Below, piece after piece: positions 8,408 through 16,042 of a DNA stretch of 64,000 nucleotides (position 1 is its first letter; each line of letters begins with the position of its first letter). The notes beneath the pieces were generated by a model. It was given only the letters and a program-made list of their open reading frames with translations. It was not told the origin of the DNA and searched no databases. Position numbers and translations under genes: made by a program. Source of the DNA: Desulfurococcales archaeon. GTDB taxonomy: Archaea > Thermoproteota > Thermoprotei_A > Sulfolobales > Desulfurococcaceae. The stretch covers positions 96,001 to 160,000 of the forward strand of contig JALVYU010000026.1 of the NCBI GenBank assembly GCA_027022365.1, read 5' to 3'.

Positions 8408-9520
8408 TCTTGGCAGGGCTGTTGCTCCGCGGTAAATGTATCTCCCCAGCTTGATTCCTGCTTTTACTCCATAGCCGGGGCCTAGACCCGTTGCCCCACT
8501 ACCAGCGGCACTAGCTAGGATGTATCCCCTGAATACCCTCACGGCAGGGTAGACCGTGTACCCTAGTAGTGCTGAAGCGGCAAAGCTCGCGAAACCGCTG
8601 CGGCCGACGAACATTGGTGCTATGAGTGGTATTGTTAGGCTCGCGATAGCTATCATTACTTTGACGATTGCATCCTCGAGGCTTGAGCCCGGAATACCCA
8701 TTGCTATTGCAGAGGCCACAGCGATCATTGAACCGGCTACGAGCTGAACCAGTGTTAGGGCTATCAGGGTCTCGATAAGCATAGCGGCTATCCTGTTTAT
8801 CTTGGGGATGAGGCTTAGGACGAGGAGTATCGGGAGAATAGCCGCCAGGGTAGCTACCGCCAGTATCCTCACGGCCCCGGCTACGGCTACCACGAGTATG
8901 AAGAGGAGTATCAACGGGTCAATGATGATGGCCAGCCCGCCTATGCTCCCGAAGCCTATACCGAGATACCATGACAACGTATCGGGCGGGCATAGATAAT
9001 ACGTTATGGCTGACAACAAGTGGACGGAGTACTCGTAGAGAAGCATGGATAGGGGTATGAGTACGGCTATCCAGAGACTCTTCTTAACCATGAGCATGCC
9101 CTCGCCCTCCCTGATCAACCCGAAGCTCTCCAGCCCAATAGATAATGCACCGAGGACTATGGGCAGAGATAGAAGGACATAGGCTACGAGCTTAGTCTTC
9201 TCATACAACATCAGCATCTCCGGTACACGGACCTCGTACCAGGAAACATTCTTTACCGGGCCCCAATCCGCATACTCCGGAATAGGGTTCCCTGGGACAG
9301 GCTTAGACGGAGCCCTCAGCAACGGGCCGACGGCTCCCCAGAAAGCACTGTTAAGCTGGCCTGCGAGCCACTTGAAAGCGGATAGTATGGCCTCCTTAAT
9401 CTTGTTGATGATGTCCTCGATAGGGTTCCCTGAGGGCTGAGACTCAAACCCGTACCCATAAACGCCTCCGGCGGGTCCAAGAACGATCAGCAGGGCTAAA
9501 AGGACCGCGAAACCCCTCAT
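8315..9520 (-). CDS. Polytopic membrane protein, VirB6/CedA-like channel candidate
   Basis: Signal peptide plus about 7-8 TM helices and a Gly-rich basic tail; located among transfer genes; ATG 9520 preferred over TTG 9532. Confidence 0.65.
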   Translation of the reverse strand: MRGFAVLLALLIVLGPAGGVYGYGFESQPSGNPIEDIINKIKEAILSAFKWLAGQLNSAFWGAVGPLLRAPSKPVPGNPIPEYADWGPVKNVSWYEVRVPEMLMLYEKTKLVAYVLLSLPIVLGALSIGLESFGLIREGEGMLMVKKSLWIAVLIPLSMLLYEYSVHLLSAITYYLCPPDTLSWYLGIGFGSIGGLAIIIDPLILLFILVVAVAGAVRILAVATLAAILPILLVLSLIPKINRIAAMLIETLIALTLVQLVAGSMIAVASAIAMGIPGSSLEDAIVKVMIAIASLTIPLIAPMFVGRSGFASFAASALLGYTVYPAVRVFRGYILASAAGSGATGLGPGYGVKAGIKLGRYIYRGATALPRLPRIIRTRYESYQFERHWDKDLYNTYEKSG

Positions 9521-9555
9521 AATACGCCCCAAAAAGAAACAGCTTGGAGAAAGGA

Positions 9556-9564
9556 TATAGTAAC
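9556..9564 (-). promoter_or_regulatory. Island promoter motif variant GTTACTATA
   Basis: 44 nt upstream of ATG 9520. Confidence 0.45.
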
Positions 9565-9583
9565 AGAACGGTAAAAAACCGTG

Positions 9584-9991
9584 TCAGTTCAGGCTATAAA
9601 GGAAAACATTTGAACCCGTAACAACGACTACTCTGTCAGGAAATCCATATTTTTCGGGAACATACAGCGTTATCTCCCTAACCATCCCCGGCTCCACGGT
9701 TACGGATACTGCCACGGAGTACCCCGGCACACCGAGCTTAACTATCCTGGCCTCCTCCCACCCGGCATTGTATATCCAGAGCTTGACAACATAGTGTCTA
9801 TTCTCGTAAGCTACACTATAGTCCGCCAAGACGAGCCTGACAGTTTTAGCGTGTGCTTCAAGGCCTATAAGGGAGCCGATGCCCGAAAACCCTCTCGCCT
9901 TCGAGAAGAGTATAGGGTAGGCTAGAGCGAATCCAGCAATGGTTATCCCTATGAGAACGATTGCCGCCACAACGTTTGATACGGCCTTCAA
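9584..9991 (-). CDS. Archaeal type IV pilin-like protein
   Basis: Class III signal KA/VSNVVAAIVLIGITIA followed by a beta-sandwich with YNAG. Confidence 0.8.
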   Translation of the reverse strand: MKAVSNVVAAIVLIGITIAGFALAYPILFSKARGFSGIGSLIGLEAHAKTVRLVLADYSVAYENRHYVVKLWIYNAGWEEARIVKLGVPGYSVAVSVTVEPGMVREITLYVPEKYGFPDRVVVVTGSNVFLYSLN

Positions 9992-9994
9992 GGC

Positions 9995-10501
9995 TCACCC
10001 TACTCCTCTCCTGCACATAATGTTGACGGACACAGTCTTCGTGTTGCCGTAGGGATCCGAGTAGGTTATCTTGACAACATATGTTTTCCCTACACCTATG
10101 TCCTGCTTGTCCAGGGTGAAGGTCCATGTATCACTGTATGTCTCGCCGGGAAGTATCTGCTTCCCCACGTTGATCGTGTACCTGGTCCCCCACTGCCCCT
10201 GGCTATCCGTCCCAATGATCTCTATCTTCGTTATGGTGGCGGGATCCGTGCCCGAGTTAGCCAGCTTAACGCTCACCATGTAGTCGTACTCGGTCTTCCA
10301 CTGCCACCCCTGCTTAACCCTGCTGGTGCCCAGATAGTATAGCTCGACGCCGCTGACCGCTATGGCTGCTCCCTTAGGGTTGCTACTCTTTATCGTCGTG
10401 GTCATGTAGTAGCCCAGCAGCAATGCACCCGCTATAGCCACACCTATCAAGACCACGGCCGCTATGACGGGGCTTATAGCCTTCATCCTCTTCCTACCCA
10501 T
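9995..10501 (-). CDS. Archaeal type IV pilin-like protein
   Basis: Class III signal RKRMKA/ISPVIAAVVLIGVAIAG, NSGT motif; ATG 10501 preferred over TTG 10519. Confidence 0.85.
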   Translation of the reverse strand: MGRKRMKAISPVIAAVVLIGVAIAGALLLGYYMTTTIKSSNPKGAAIAVSGVELYYLGTSRVKQGWQWKTEYDYMVSVKLANSGTDPATITKIEIIGTDSQGQWGTRYTINVGKQILPGETYSDTWTFTLDKQDIGVGKTYVVKITYSDPYGNTKTVSVNIMCRRGVG

Positions 10502-10535
10502 AGAGGGCACCCGGTACAAGATACGTGGTAAAAGA

Positions 10536-10544
10536 CATAGTTAC
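10536..10544 (-). promoter_or_regulatory. Island promoter motif GTAACTATG
   Basis: 43 nt upstream of ATG 10501. Confidence 0.65.
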
Positions 10545-10560
10545 GTATCATGAATGCTCC

Positions 10561-10569
10561 GTAACTATT
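10561..10569 (+). promoter_or_regulatory. Island promoter motif variant GTAACTATT
   Basis: 42 nt upstream of ATG 10603; back-to-back with the 10536-10544 copy. Confidence 0.6.
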
Positions 10570-10602
10570 CCTCGCCACAACGCTCATAGCGGGAGAGAAG
10601 GT

Positions 10603-11100
10603 ATGGCCAAGCTACTAGCACACCAGATCCTGGGACTAGCGGTAGCCTACTATGTCCTAAGACCAGGAGACCTCGTGCAGGCATTCATATATGGAGGCCT
10701 AGCCCTATTAGGCTCCGTGACTCCTGATCTGGACGGGTTGCGTAAACACCGGGCAACCCTCCACAACATATTCGCCCTCATCCTGGCCGGACTAACGATA
10801 TATATGGTTCTTAATACTGTTGAAGCCCTGAACATGGCTCCGGTAAACCTGTATCCGGCCAGTTCAGCTGTAGCCTACATACTAGCCTATCTAAGCCACC
10901 TACTAGCCGATATACCGACTGGATCCGGAGTAGCAATTCTCTATCCACTATCTAATAAGAAGATCGGAATACTAGGCCTCAAATACGACAATATGGTGTA
11001 CAACGGTTTACTGGTAGCCCTAGCTACTCTGCTCCTCTACTCGTTCTTCACCAATGCACTGACCCCTTATTATACTATAAGGGATTGGTTTATCCCCTGA
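10603..11100 (+). CDS. Membrane-bound metal-dependent hydrolase (YdjM/LexA-binding family)
   Basis: H...GSVTPDLD..HRATLH...YLSHLLAD..T..G...YP motifs; ATG 10603 preferred. Confidence 0.85.
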   Translation: MAKLLAHQILGLAVAYYVLRPGDLVQAFIYGGLALLGSVTPDLDGLRKHRATLHNIFALILAGLTIYMVLNTVEALNMAPVNLYPASSAVAYILAYLSHLLADIPTGSGVAILYPLSNKKIGILGLKYDNMVYNGLLVALATLLLYSFFTNALTPYYTIRDWFIP

Positions 11101-11163
11101 ACCAAGCATTCATGGTATGTACCCCAACGGCTACCGAGAAAAGCTTGAGGCCTAGTTGTTGAA

Positions 11164-11172
11164 GCAACTATG
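11164..11172 (+). promoter_or_regulatory. Island promoter motif GCAACTATG
   Basis: 47 nt upstream of ATG 11211. Confidence 0.65.
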
Positions 11173-11210
11173 TATCCAGGATTCCTAGGTCATGAAAGGG
11201 GTGAAAAGAT

Positions 11211-11438
11211 ATGGGCTTGGTCGTGGTCAGGACCTCTCTAGACCTTGAAAAGCTGGCCAGGCGACTGAAAAAACTCGGGTACGAGGAGATAACGCCAGGA
11301 GACCTCGCAGAGCTCTTCGGCACAAACAGGATTTGGGCGGGGAAGATACTCGCCAGGATGGAGGAGCTCGGTCTGGTGGAGAGGCTGAACTCCCGTAAGG
11401 CCAGGCCGGCAAAGTACAGGATCATTGTAAACCAGTAA
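11211..11438 (+). CDS. Small winged-helix DNA-binding protein
   Basis: ITPGDLAELFG...AGKILARMEELGLVER; GGGGTG SD. Confidence 0.8.
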   Translation: MGLVVVRTSLDLEKLARRLKKLGYEEITPGDLAELFGTNRIWAGKILARMEELGLVERLNSRKARPAKYRIIVNQ

Positions 11439-11443
11439 CTATG
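11435..11443 (+). promoter_or_regulatory. Island promoter motif GTAACTATG
   Basis: 46 nt upstream of TTG 11481; overlaps the upstream stop codon. Confidence 0.65.
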
Positions 11444-11480
11444 CAGGAAGTAGCCCGGGAAGTATTAACGGTGCACGGGC

Positions 11481-11813
11481 TTGAGGCTGTGGGTAAAATT
11501 TAAGAAGATATCCCGGCTCATACCGCTGTGGCTGGCCACTGGTTTATCGGCGGTGGCCTACGCCCAGGGAGGGGAGGCCCCGCCCGAGGAACTCACGGAA
11601 ATGGTCGACAAGATCCTGAGCCTGCTACAGTACATAGGGGTAGCAGTGCTTATAGGAGGAATGATCTATGCGGGGATTCAGCTCGCGGCGGCAGACACAC
11701 CGGAGGAGCAGGCCCGGGCAAAGAAGAGGATAGCAGCAATACTCCTAGCAGGAGCCATAATGGCTTTAGCCAAGCCTATAGTGAGCTGGCTCACCGGATT
11801 GAATCCGCCCTAA
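11481..11813 (+). CDS. VirB2/TrbC-like conjugative pilin
   Basis: Cleavable leader ending AYA/Q, two hydrophobic helices separated by a charged loop (EEQARAKKR); T-rich terminator-like tract follows. Confidence 0.8.
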   Translation: MRLWVKFKKISRLIPLWLATGLSAVAYAQGGEAPPEELTEMVDKILSLLQYIGVAVLIGGMIYAGIQLAAADTPEEQARAKKRIAAILLAGAIMALAKPIVSWLTGLNPP

Positions 11814-11914
11814 CTCCCTTTATTTTTCTCCGACTCTATAATTTACTTTTATGTCATTAGAGTAAACCATAATATATTCTCAGCAATATATCATATCAGG
11901 GGAGGGGAGTAGCC

Positions 11915-12358
11915 CTGAGAGAGCCTACGGGAGATGTTAAGGTTAAGAAGCTGGGGAGACAGCTTCTAATCAATATTCCTAGAGACGTAGTGGCTCATCT
12001 TGGCATGAAGCCGGGCTCCTTGGAAATAGTGTTGATGACCAGTGATAAGATTGTGCTTAGACGGGGCATGGGCCCGGTCAGGGTAGTGGATGTGGGGAGG
12101 GGGAAGCTGAGACTGTATATTGGTGAGGATAAAGCCCCCTTCAAAGAAGGAGAGCGGGTCCTGGTAACGGTCCAGGACGATAAGCTGGTGGTCAAGCGTA
12201 TAGACTACTACGTCGTGAAGCCGACCAAAGGGCGGGGACAGTACAGGGTAAACATACCCTGGGAACTAGCAGAGAAAACCGGCCTGGATAAGTATCGATT
12301 AGTCAAAATATATAGTGATGGAAAAAGGGTAGTGCTGGAGCCTTTCGCCGAGATATAA
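11915..12358 (+). CDS. Tandem AbrB/MazE/SpoVT-domain DNA-binding protein
   Basis: Repeated INIP..V..HLGMKPG / FKEGERVLV / VNIPWELAEKTGL units; frame is open back to CTG 11915 after a GGAGGGG SD (ORF track start 11990). Confidence 0.7.
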   Translation: MREPTGDVKVKKLGRQLLINIPRDVVAHLGMKPGSLEIVLMTSDKIVLRRGMGPVRVVDVGRGKLRLYIGEDKAPFKEGERVLVTVQDDKLVVKRIDYYVVKPTKGRGQYRVNIPWELAEKTGLDKYRLVKIYSDGKRVVLEPFAEI

Positions 12359-12363
12359 TAAAT

Positions 12364-12416
12364 ATTATGTGTTAAGGGCATAATATTTAAATAATATTAT
12401 GTCCTAAACACATAAT
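12364..12416. promoter_or_regulatory. 24-bp inverted repeat (operator) flanking the TATA box of the HEPN-MNT operon
   Basis: ATTATGTGTTAAGGGCATAATATT (12364-12387) matches the reverse complement of 12393-12416 at 22/24, around TTTAAATA. Confidence 0.7.
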
Positions 12417-12418
12417 GG

Positions 12419-12808
12419 TTGAGAATATTGGAACAGTGGAGAAAATACTTGGAAGCCGCTAAGAGATTCTTAAGATCAGCCGAGAAAATCCTAGATGAAT
12501 CACCAGAAGCAGTACCGCTATTAGCTCATAGAGCATTAGAACACATGATCATGGCTCTCTCATACTACTATACCCCAGAAGAAGCAAACTTACTCAACAC
12601 CCACGGCCGTAGGAGGAGCTGGATAACACGAATGATCCACCAGGGAAAAATACCATACAGACTCCTATCAATATTCGATGAGCTAACGAGGATCTATAAG
12701 AGGAGCACATATTTATTAGAGAACGGAGAACTAGCAAGGAGATCCCTAGAACTCGCCAAAGAGGCTTTGGAGAATATAAAGGAATCATTAAAGGGCGGCA
12801 CAGAATGA
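12419..12808 (+). CDS. HEPN domain protein (toxin of HEPN-MNT pair)
   Basis: YLEAAKRFLRSAE...AHRALEHMIMAL...TH...STY helical HEPN pattern; overlaps the MNT start (ATGA). Confidence 0.8.
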   Translation: MRILEQWRKYLEAAKRFLRSAEKILDESPEAVPLLAHRALEHMIMALSYYYTPEEANLLNTHGRRRSWITRMIHQGKIPYRLLSIFDELTRIYKRSTYLLENGELARRSLELAKEALENIKESLKGGTE

Positions 12809-13413
12809 GTCTCCCCACCAACATATTGATAGGGATCCTCCGAGAGATAACCAAGGAAATAATCCGAGAATGCAGAAACGTATACCAGGTCATACTCTAC
12901 GGTAGCTACGCCCGCGGAGATGCAGGTCCTAAGAGCGATGTAGACCTCCTAATAGTATCGGAGGACCCGAGAATATGCGAGGAAAAAACTATGAGAATAG
13001 GGGCTGAAAAAGGACTATCAATACTTCAACCAGTAGCTATCTCACCAGACGAACTAACTGAGCCCGAGAAGAAGAAACTATATCTTAATGCCCTACTAGA
13101 AGGCCTACTACTCTACCAGTCCCCAGCATCAGAACCAGTCAAGACAGCACCCCCAAAATACAAACCATACCTAATCATAAAATATAGAGCACCACCAGAA
13201 CACCGGAGAAAACTCACTGGCACAACAGTCGTTCAAAGAGGCCACAAGATGAGAGCACGAGGACTCATAGAAAAAATGGGAGGAATAAGATTAGGGCCCG
13301 GAGTATTCATGATAGAATACACGAAATGGCCACCACTAGAACTAATCATGCAAAAACTAAGAGTAGAATACAAGATAAAACACATAATACTAGCCAAAAC
13401 AGATTTCATATAA
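12805..13413 (+). CDS. Minimal nucleotidyltransferase (MNT) with C-terminal extension
   Basis: VILYGSYARGDAGPKSDVDLLIV. Confidence 0.9.
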   Translation: MSLPTNILIGILREITKEIIRECRNVYQVILYGSYARGDAGPKSDVDLLIVSEDPRICEEKTMRIGAEKGLSILQPVAISPDELTEPEKKKLYLNALLEGLLLYQSPASEPVKTAPPKYKPYLIIKYRAPPEHRRKLTGTTVVQRGHKMRARGLIEKMGGIRLGPGVFMIEYTKWPPLELIMQKLRVEYKIKHIILAKTDFI

Positions 13414-13471
13414 AAGTATATGATTTAAATGTGAAGCAAACGGCTTTTCCACGGATCACGAGTATGTAGCC

Positions 13472-13796
13472 ATAGCTACAGCGTGGAAAGGCGGAGCACG
13501 AAGGGAAAACCGTGACTGGAGCAGGTTCACCTATGGGATAAGGATAGGAAGGCGCGGTAGAGACGCCCTATTCAGCAGAGCCTGGAGCTACGTCGAGCTA
13601 ATCATTGAGGATAAGTACCGTATAAGCGTGGAGATAACGGATTCATTCTGGAGAAAATGCTCAGAGCTCAGGCACGAGTTCTTTAAACACTACTTCAGAG
13701 AAAAAGAATATAATCCATGGCCCAAAAGGAAACCCACCAAAATTCATGCTCGTACATGTAAGGGATAACGTGTTTAAGCTATACCCACTAGACTAG
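13472..13796 (+). pseudogene. Frameshifted small conserved-hypothetical gene
   Basis: IATAWKGG...YGIRIG...DSFWRKCSELR...PWPK, continuing in the +1 frame as GNPPKFMLV...FKLYPLD*; no in-frame ATG/GTG/TTG start. Confidence 0.55.
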
Positions 13797-13902
13797 TATC
13801 AATGATCTCAATAGCTGGAAGATCACTACGCATTTTGGACACCGTTGATACGGAGATATAATGAAACATAGTTATATGTAATTCATTACCGTTGAACATA
13901 AT

Positions 13903-14553
13903 TTGTTACTCGACAATAATACAGTATATAGAGGCTTCCAGAGGCGTAGAAGAATTGAAGACAAAATATCTCGAAGCATGATTGAATCAAAGCTTATCCA
14001 ACTAGGTCTTGATAAGATAACATTTAAGAATACTAATCAATTTAAACGATCTAGAAATATCAGAGCAAAGATCTCAAAATTGAAGAAAGAACTCCGTCGG
14101 AAAGGCTTATCAAAAGAAGAAATTGAAAAACATGTTGAAGAGCTAAAAGATAAAGAGGAGGAAAAACTCCGGAGAAGAGTAGTCGGATTAATAGCTGATA
14201 TAGTATACAAACTTATCCGTGGAGGAACAACCAGTAAGCGGCTTACAAGGATCCCTTATTATAAGAAATGGTATTTAGAGAAATACCTAGACTTCCTAAT
14301 ACACCAAGGCATGATTAAAGCCATATACAGAGGGCCGCGGCCCAAAGAATTCGAAGATGAGAGATGCAGAAGGGTGCGTTCTATACCTGGGGATCCTTGG
14401 GATAAAGACCCTTATAGAAGCGGAGAGCTGAAGATATGGCTCTTTTACACGACAGGTAATAAGACTCTTAGAGAGAAGAGACTGAAATGCTGGGCACCAT
14501 ATATAGTGATTGATTTCTCTCCGCTAATAGATAGAGTTTCCGGTGATAAATAG
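13903..14553 (+). CDS. Basic hypothetical protein (coiled-coil plus possible wHTH)
   Basis: 216-aa ORF; LEKYLDFLIHQGMIK resembles a wHTH helix 3/wing. Confidence 0.6.
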   Translation: MLLDNNTVYRGFQRRRRIEDKISRSMIESKLIQLGLDKITFKNTNQFKRSRNIRAKISKLKKELRRKGLSKEEIEKHVEELKDKEEEKLRRRVVGLIADIVYKLIRGGTTSKRLTRIPYYKKWYLEKYLDFLIHQGMIKAIYRGPRPKEFEDERCRRVRSIPGDPWDKDPYRSGELKIWLFYTTGNKTLREKRLKCWAPYIVIDFSPLIDRVSGDK

Positions 14554-14556
14554 GTT

Positions 14557-14991
14557 TCAGAGAAAGCTTCTGATTATTTCTTCGGCTAGAGGCTGGATGG
14601 TGTAGAACGCTATAATAGATACTACTATGACTATAATTGCTCTTAGAGTATTTCTCACTGTAAAATCTATTGTTTTACTGGTAAGGACAGCTAGTGCTAT
14701 GGAGGAGAGTAGCATAGACGATTTTATCTCGTTCAACAGATCGGATTCGATGCTTACCGAACCTATGGGAACTAGATCGGTGAGTTCACTGCTAACATTG
14801 ACTCCCGAAGCGAAGCTGGTGCTCAGCCCTGTTACTAGTGAAACTGTTAATACCAGCATTACCGGGGTGGTGTAGGCTAGGAGCTGCAATACCTGACGGA
14901 CACCGAGATCCCCTATAAACGGAAAGCTGAACAGTGGTTGCATCCACCAAGGTTCGTCATCAACTGCTGGAACTCTAACTTCTCTAGGCAT
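14557..14991 (-). CDS. PrgI/VirB3-like membrane protein
   Basis: N-terminal VRVP...PLF...LGVRQVLQLL followed by TM helices. Confidence 0.5.
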   Translation of the reverse strand: MPREVRVPAVDDEPWWMQPLFSFPFIGDLGVRQVLQLLAYTTPVMLVLTVSLVTGLSTSFASGVNVSSELTDLVPIGSVSIESDLLNEIKSSMLLSSIALAVLTSKTIDFTVRNTLRAIIVIVVSIIAFYTIQPLAEEIIRSFL

Positions 14992-15024
14992 TAACTATAC
15001 CAATATAGGTGAGAACGCCAAGAG

Positions 15025-15033
15025 TATAGTAGC
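15025..15033 (-). promoter_or_regulatory. Island promoter motif variant GCTACTATA
   Basis: 42 nt upstream of ATG 14991. Confidence 0.45.
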
Positions 15034-15134
15034 AGATCATAAATAAAGCGTTATAGCCGTCAACAGATCAATAATAATCTGTAAATTCCTGAGAGGCGAG
15101 AAAGCTTGAGGGGAGAGACCCGAACTAAAATATA

Positions 15135-15292
15135 TGGTCCCGCGGGGGGGACTTGAACCCCCGACCACCCGGTATCTGCGAGCCACGCCGCCCCGCCTTC
15201 ATCCAGGCCCGATCATTCACGGGCCGGTATGGCGGGTGGGGGGCTCGGCTTCCCCACTACAGCCGGGCGCTCTGCCGCTGAGCTACCGCGGG
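15135..15292 (-). tRNA. tRNA-Tyr(GTA) with 83-nt intron at 37/38 (15174-15256), CCA encoded
   Basis: CCCGCGGTAGCTCAGCGGCAGAGCGCCCGGCT-GTA-G[intron]ACCGGGTGGTCGGGGGTTCAAGTCCCCCCCGCGGGACCA. Confidence 0.95.
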
Positions 15293-15356
15293 ACCACCCA
15301 TTACTGTTCTAGTCTTATGGTGGGATTTATATTTTTGTGGTCTATTCTATTGTATC

Positions 15357-16028
15357 GTGTTGGTGTCTATTATGGGGTCCATGATTTCGGAGAATATCGA
15401 CCGTGTTTTGCCCCGTGATATTGAGGAAATAGATAATGCTTTATCCGTGAAGGATGAGGTTCGCGAGGAAACCATCAGGATTACTCGGGATATTCTCCGG
15501 CTCAGTACCGAGGCTGTCAGAATGATTCATCTTAGAAGGTATGATGATGCACGTAAGAATATTGAGGCGGCCTCGCACCTAGTGTCTACATTAAAGGATT
15601 TGCTGCGGGAACACCCGGATCTCTACTATAGCGGGCTCGTCTATAATAGTGTATCAGAATATGCTGAGGCGAGGATATCGTATAGCTTGATCGTCGAGAA
15701 GAACATGCCGAGCTACAAGGAGCTAGATATACACTATGTACCGTATCTGCAGGGACTCGGAGACGTGATTGGGGAGCTGAGGAGACACGTCATAATGCTC
15801 CTTAATGAAGCAAGAATAGATGAGGCCAACGAATACGTCAATGTTATGGAGACTATATACTTGTGGCTACGAAAGCTGAACTATCCCGACGCCCTAGTGC
15901 CTGGGCTAAGACACAAAGTAGACGTCGCTAGGAGGCTGATCGAGGACACACGAGTATTACTATTGAACACTAGGAATGCACTCAAAGTATCACAGACTAT
16001 CGAGAAAATATTGGAGAACACAGGATAA
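15357..16028 (+). CDS. Translin/Trax family protein
   Basis: REETIRITRDI, SEYAEA, YLQGLGDVIGELRR, LRHKVD motifs; true start may be ATG 15372. Confidence 0.9.
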   Translation: MLVSIMGSMISENIDRVLPRDIEEIDNALSVKDEVREETIRITRDILRLSTEAVRMIHLRRYDDARKNIEAASHLVSTLKDLLREHPDLYYSGLVYNSVSEYAEARISYSLIVEKNMPSYKELDIHYVPYLQGLGDVIGELRRHVIMLLNEARIDEANEYVNVMETIYLWLRKLNYPDALVPGLRHKVDVARRLIEDTRVLLLNTRNALKVSQTIEKILENTG

Positions 16029-16042
16029 AACATGATGAGAAG

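Larger units (their letters stand above)
1..15134. mobile_element. Putative integrated conjugative/DNA-transfer element, left end outside the window, right end at the 3' end of tRNA-Tyr
   Basis: Cluster of a VirD4/HerA ATPase, VirB6-, VirB2- and PrgI-like proteins, pilins, HTH regulators and a TA pair with no housekeeping genes; housekeeping genes resume right after tRNA-Tyr. No integrase or second att copy is visible in the window. Confidence 0.75.

Noticed and set aside
13867-13875. ATAACTATG on the minus strand as an island promoter motif
   Set aside because: First base mismatches and no gene starts at the expected distance.
15134-15418. ORF MVPRGGLEPPTTR as an SSV-type split integrase fragment
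   Set aside because: It is the antisense reading of tRNA-Tyr; an in-frame TGA at 15107 leaves no upstream Int(N) frame and no integrase motifs follow.
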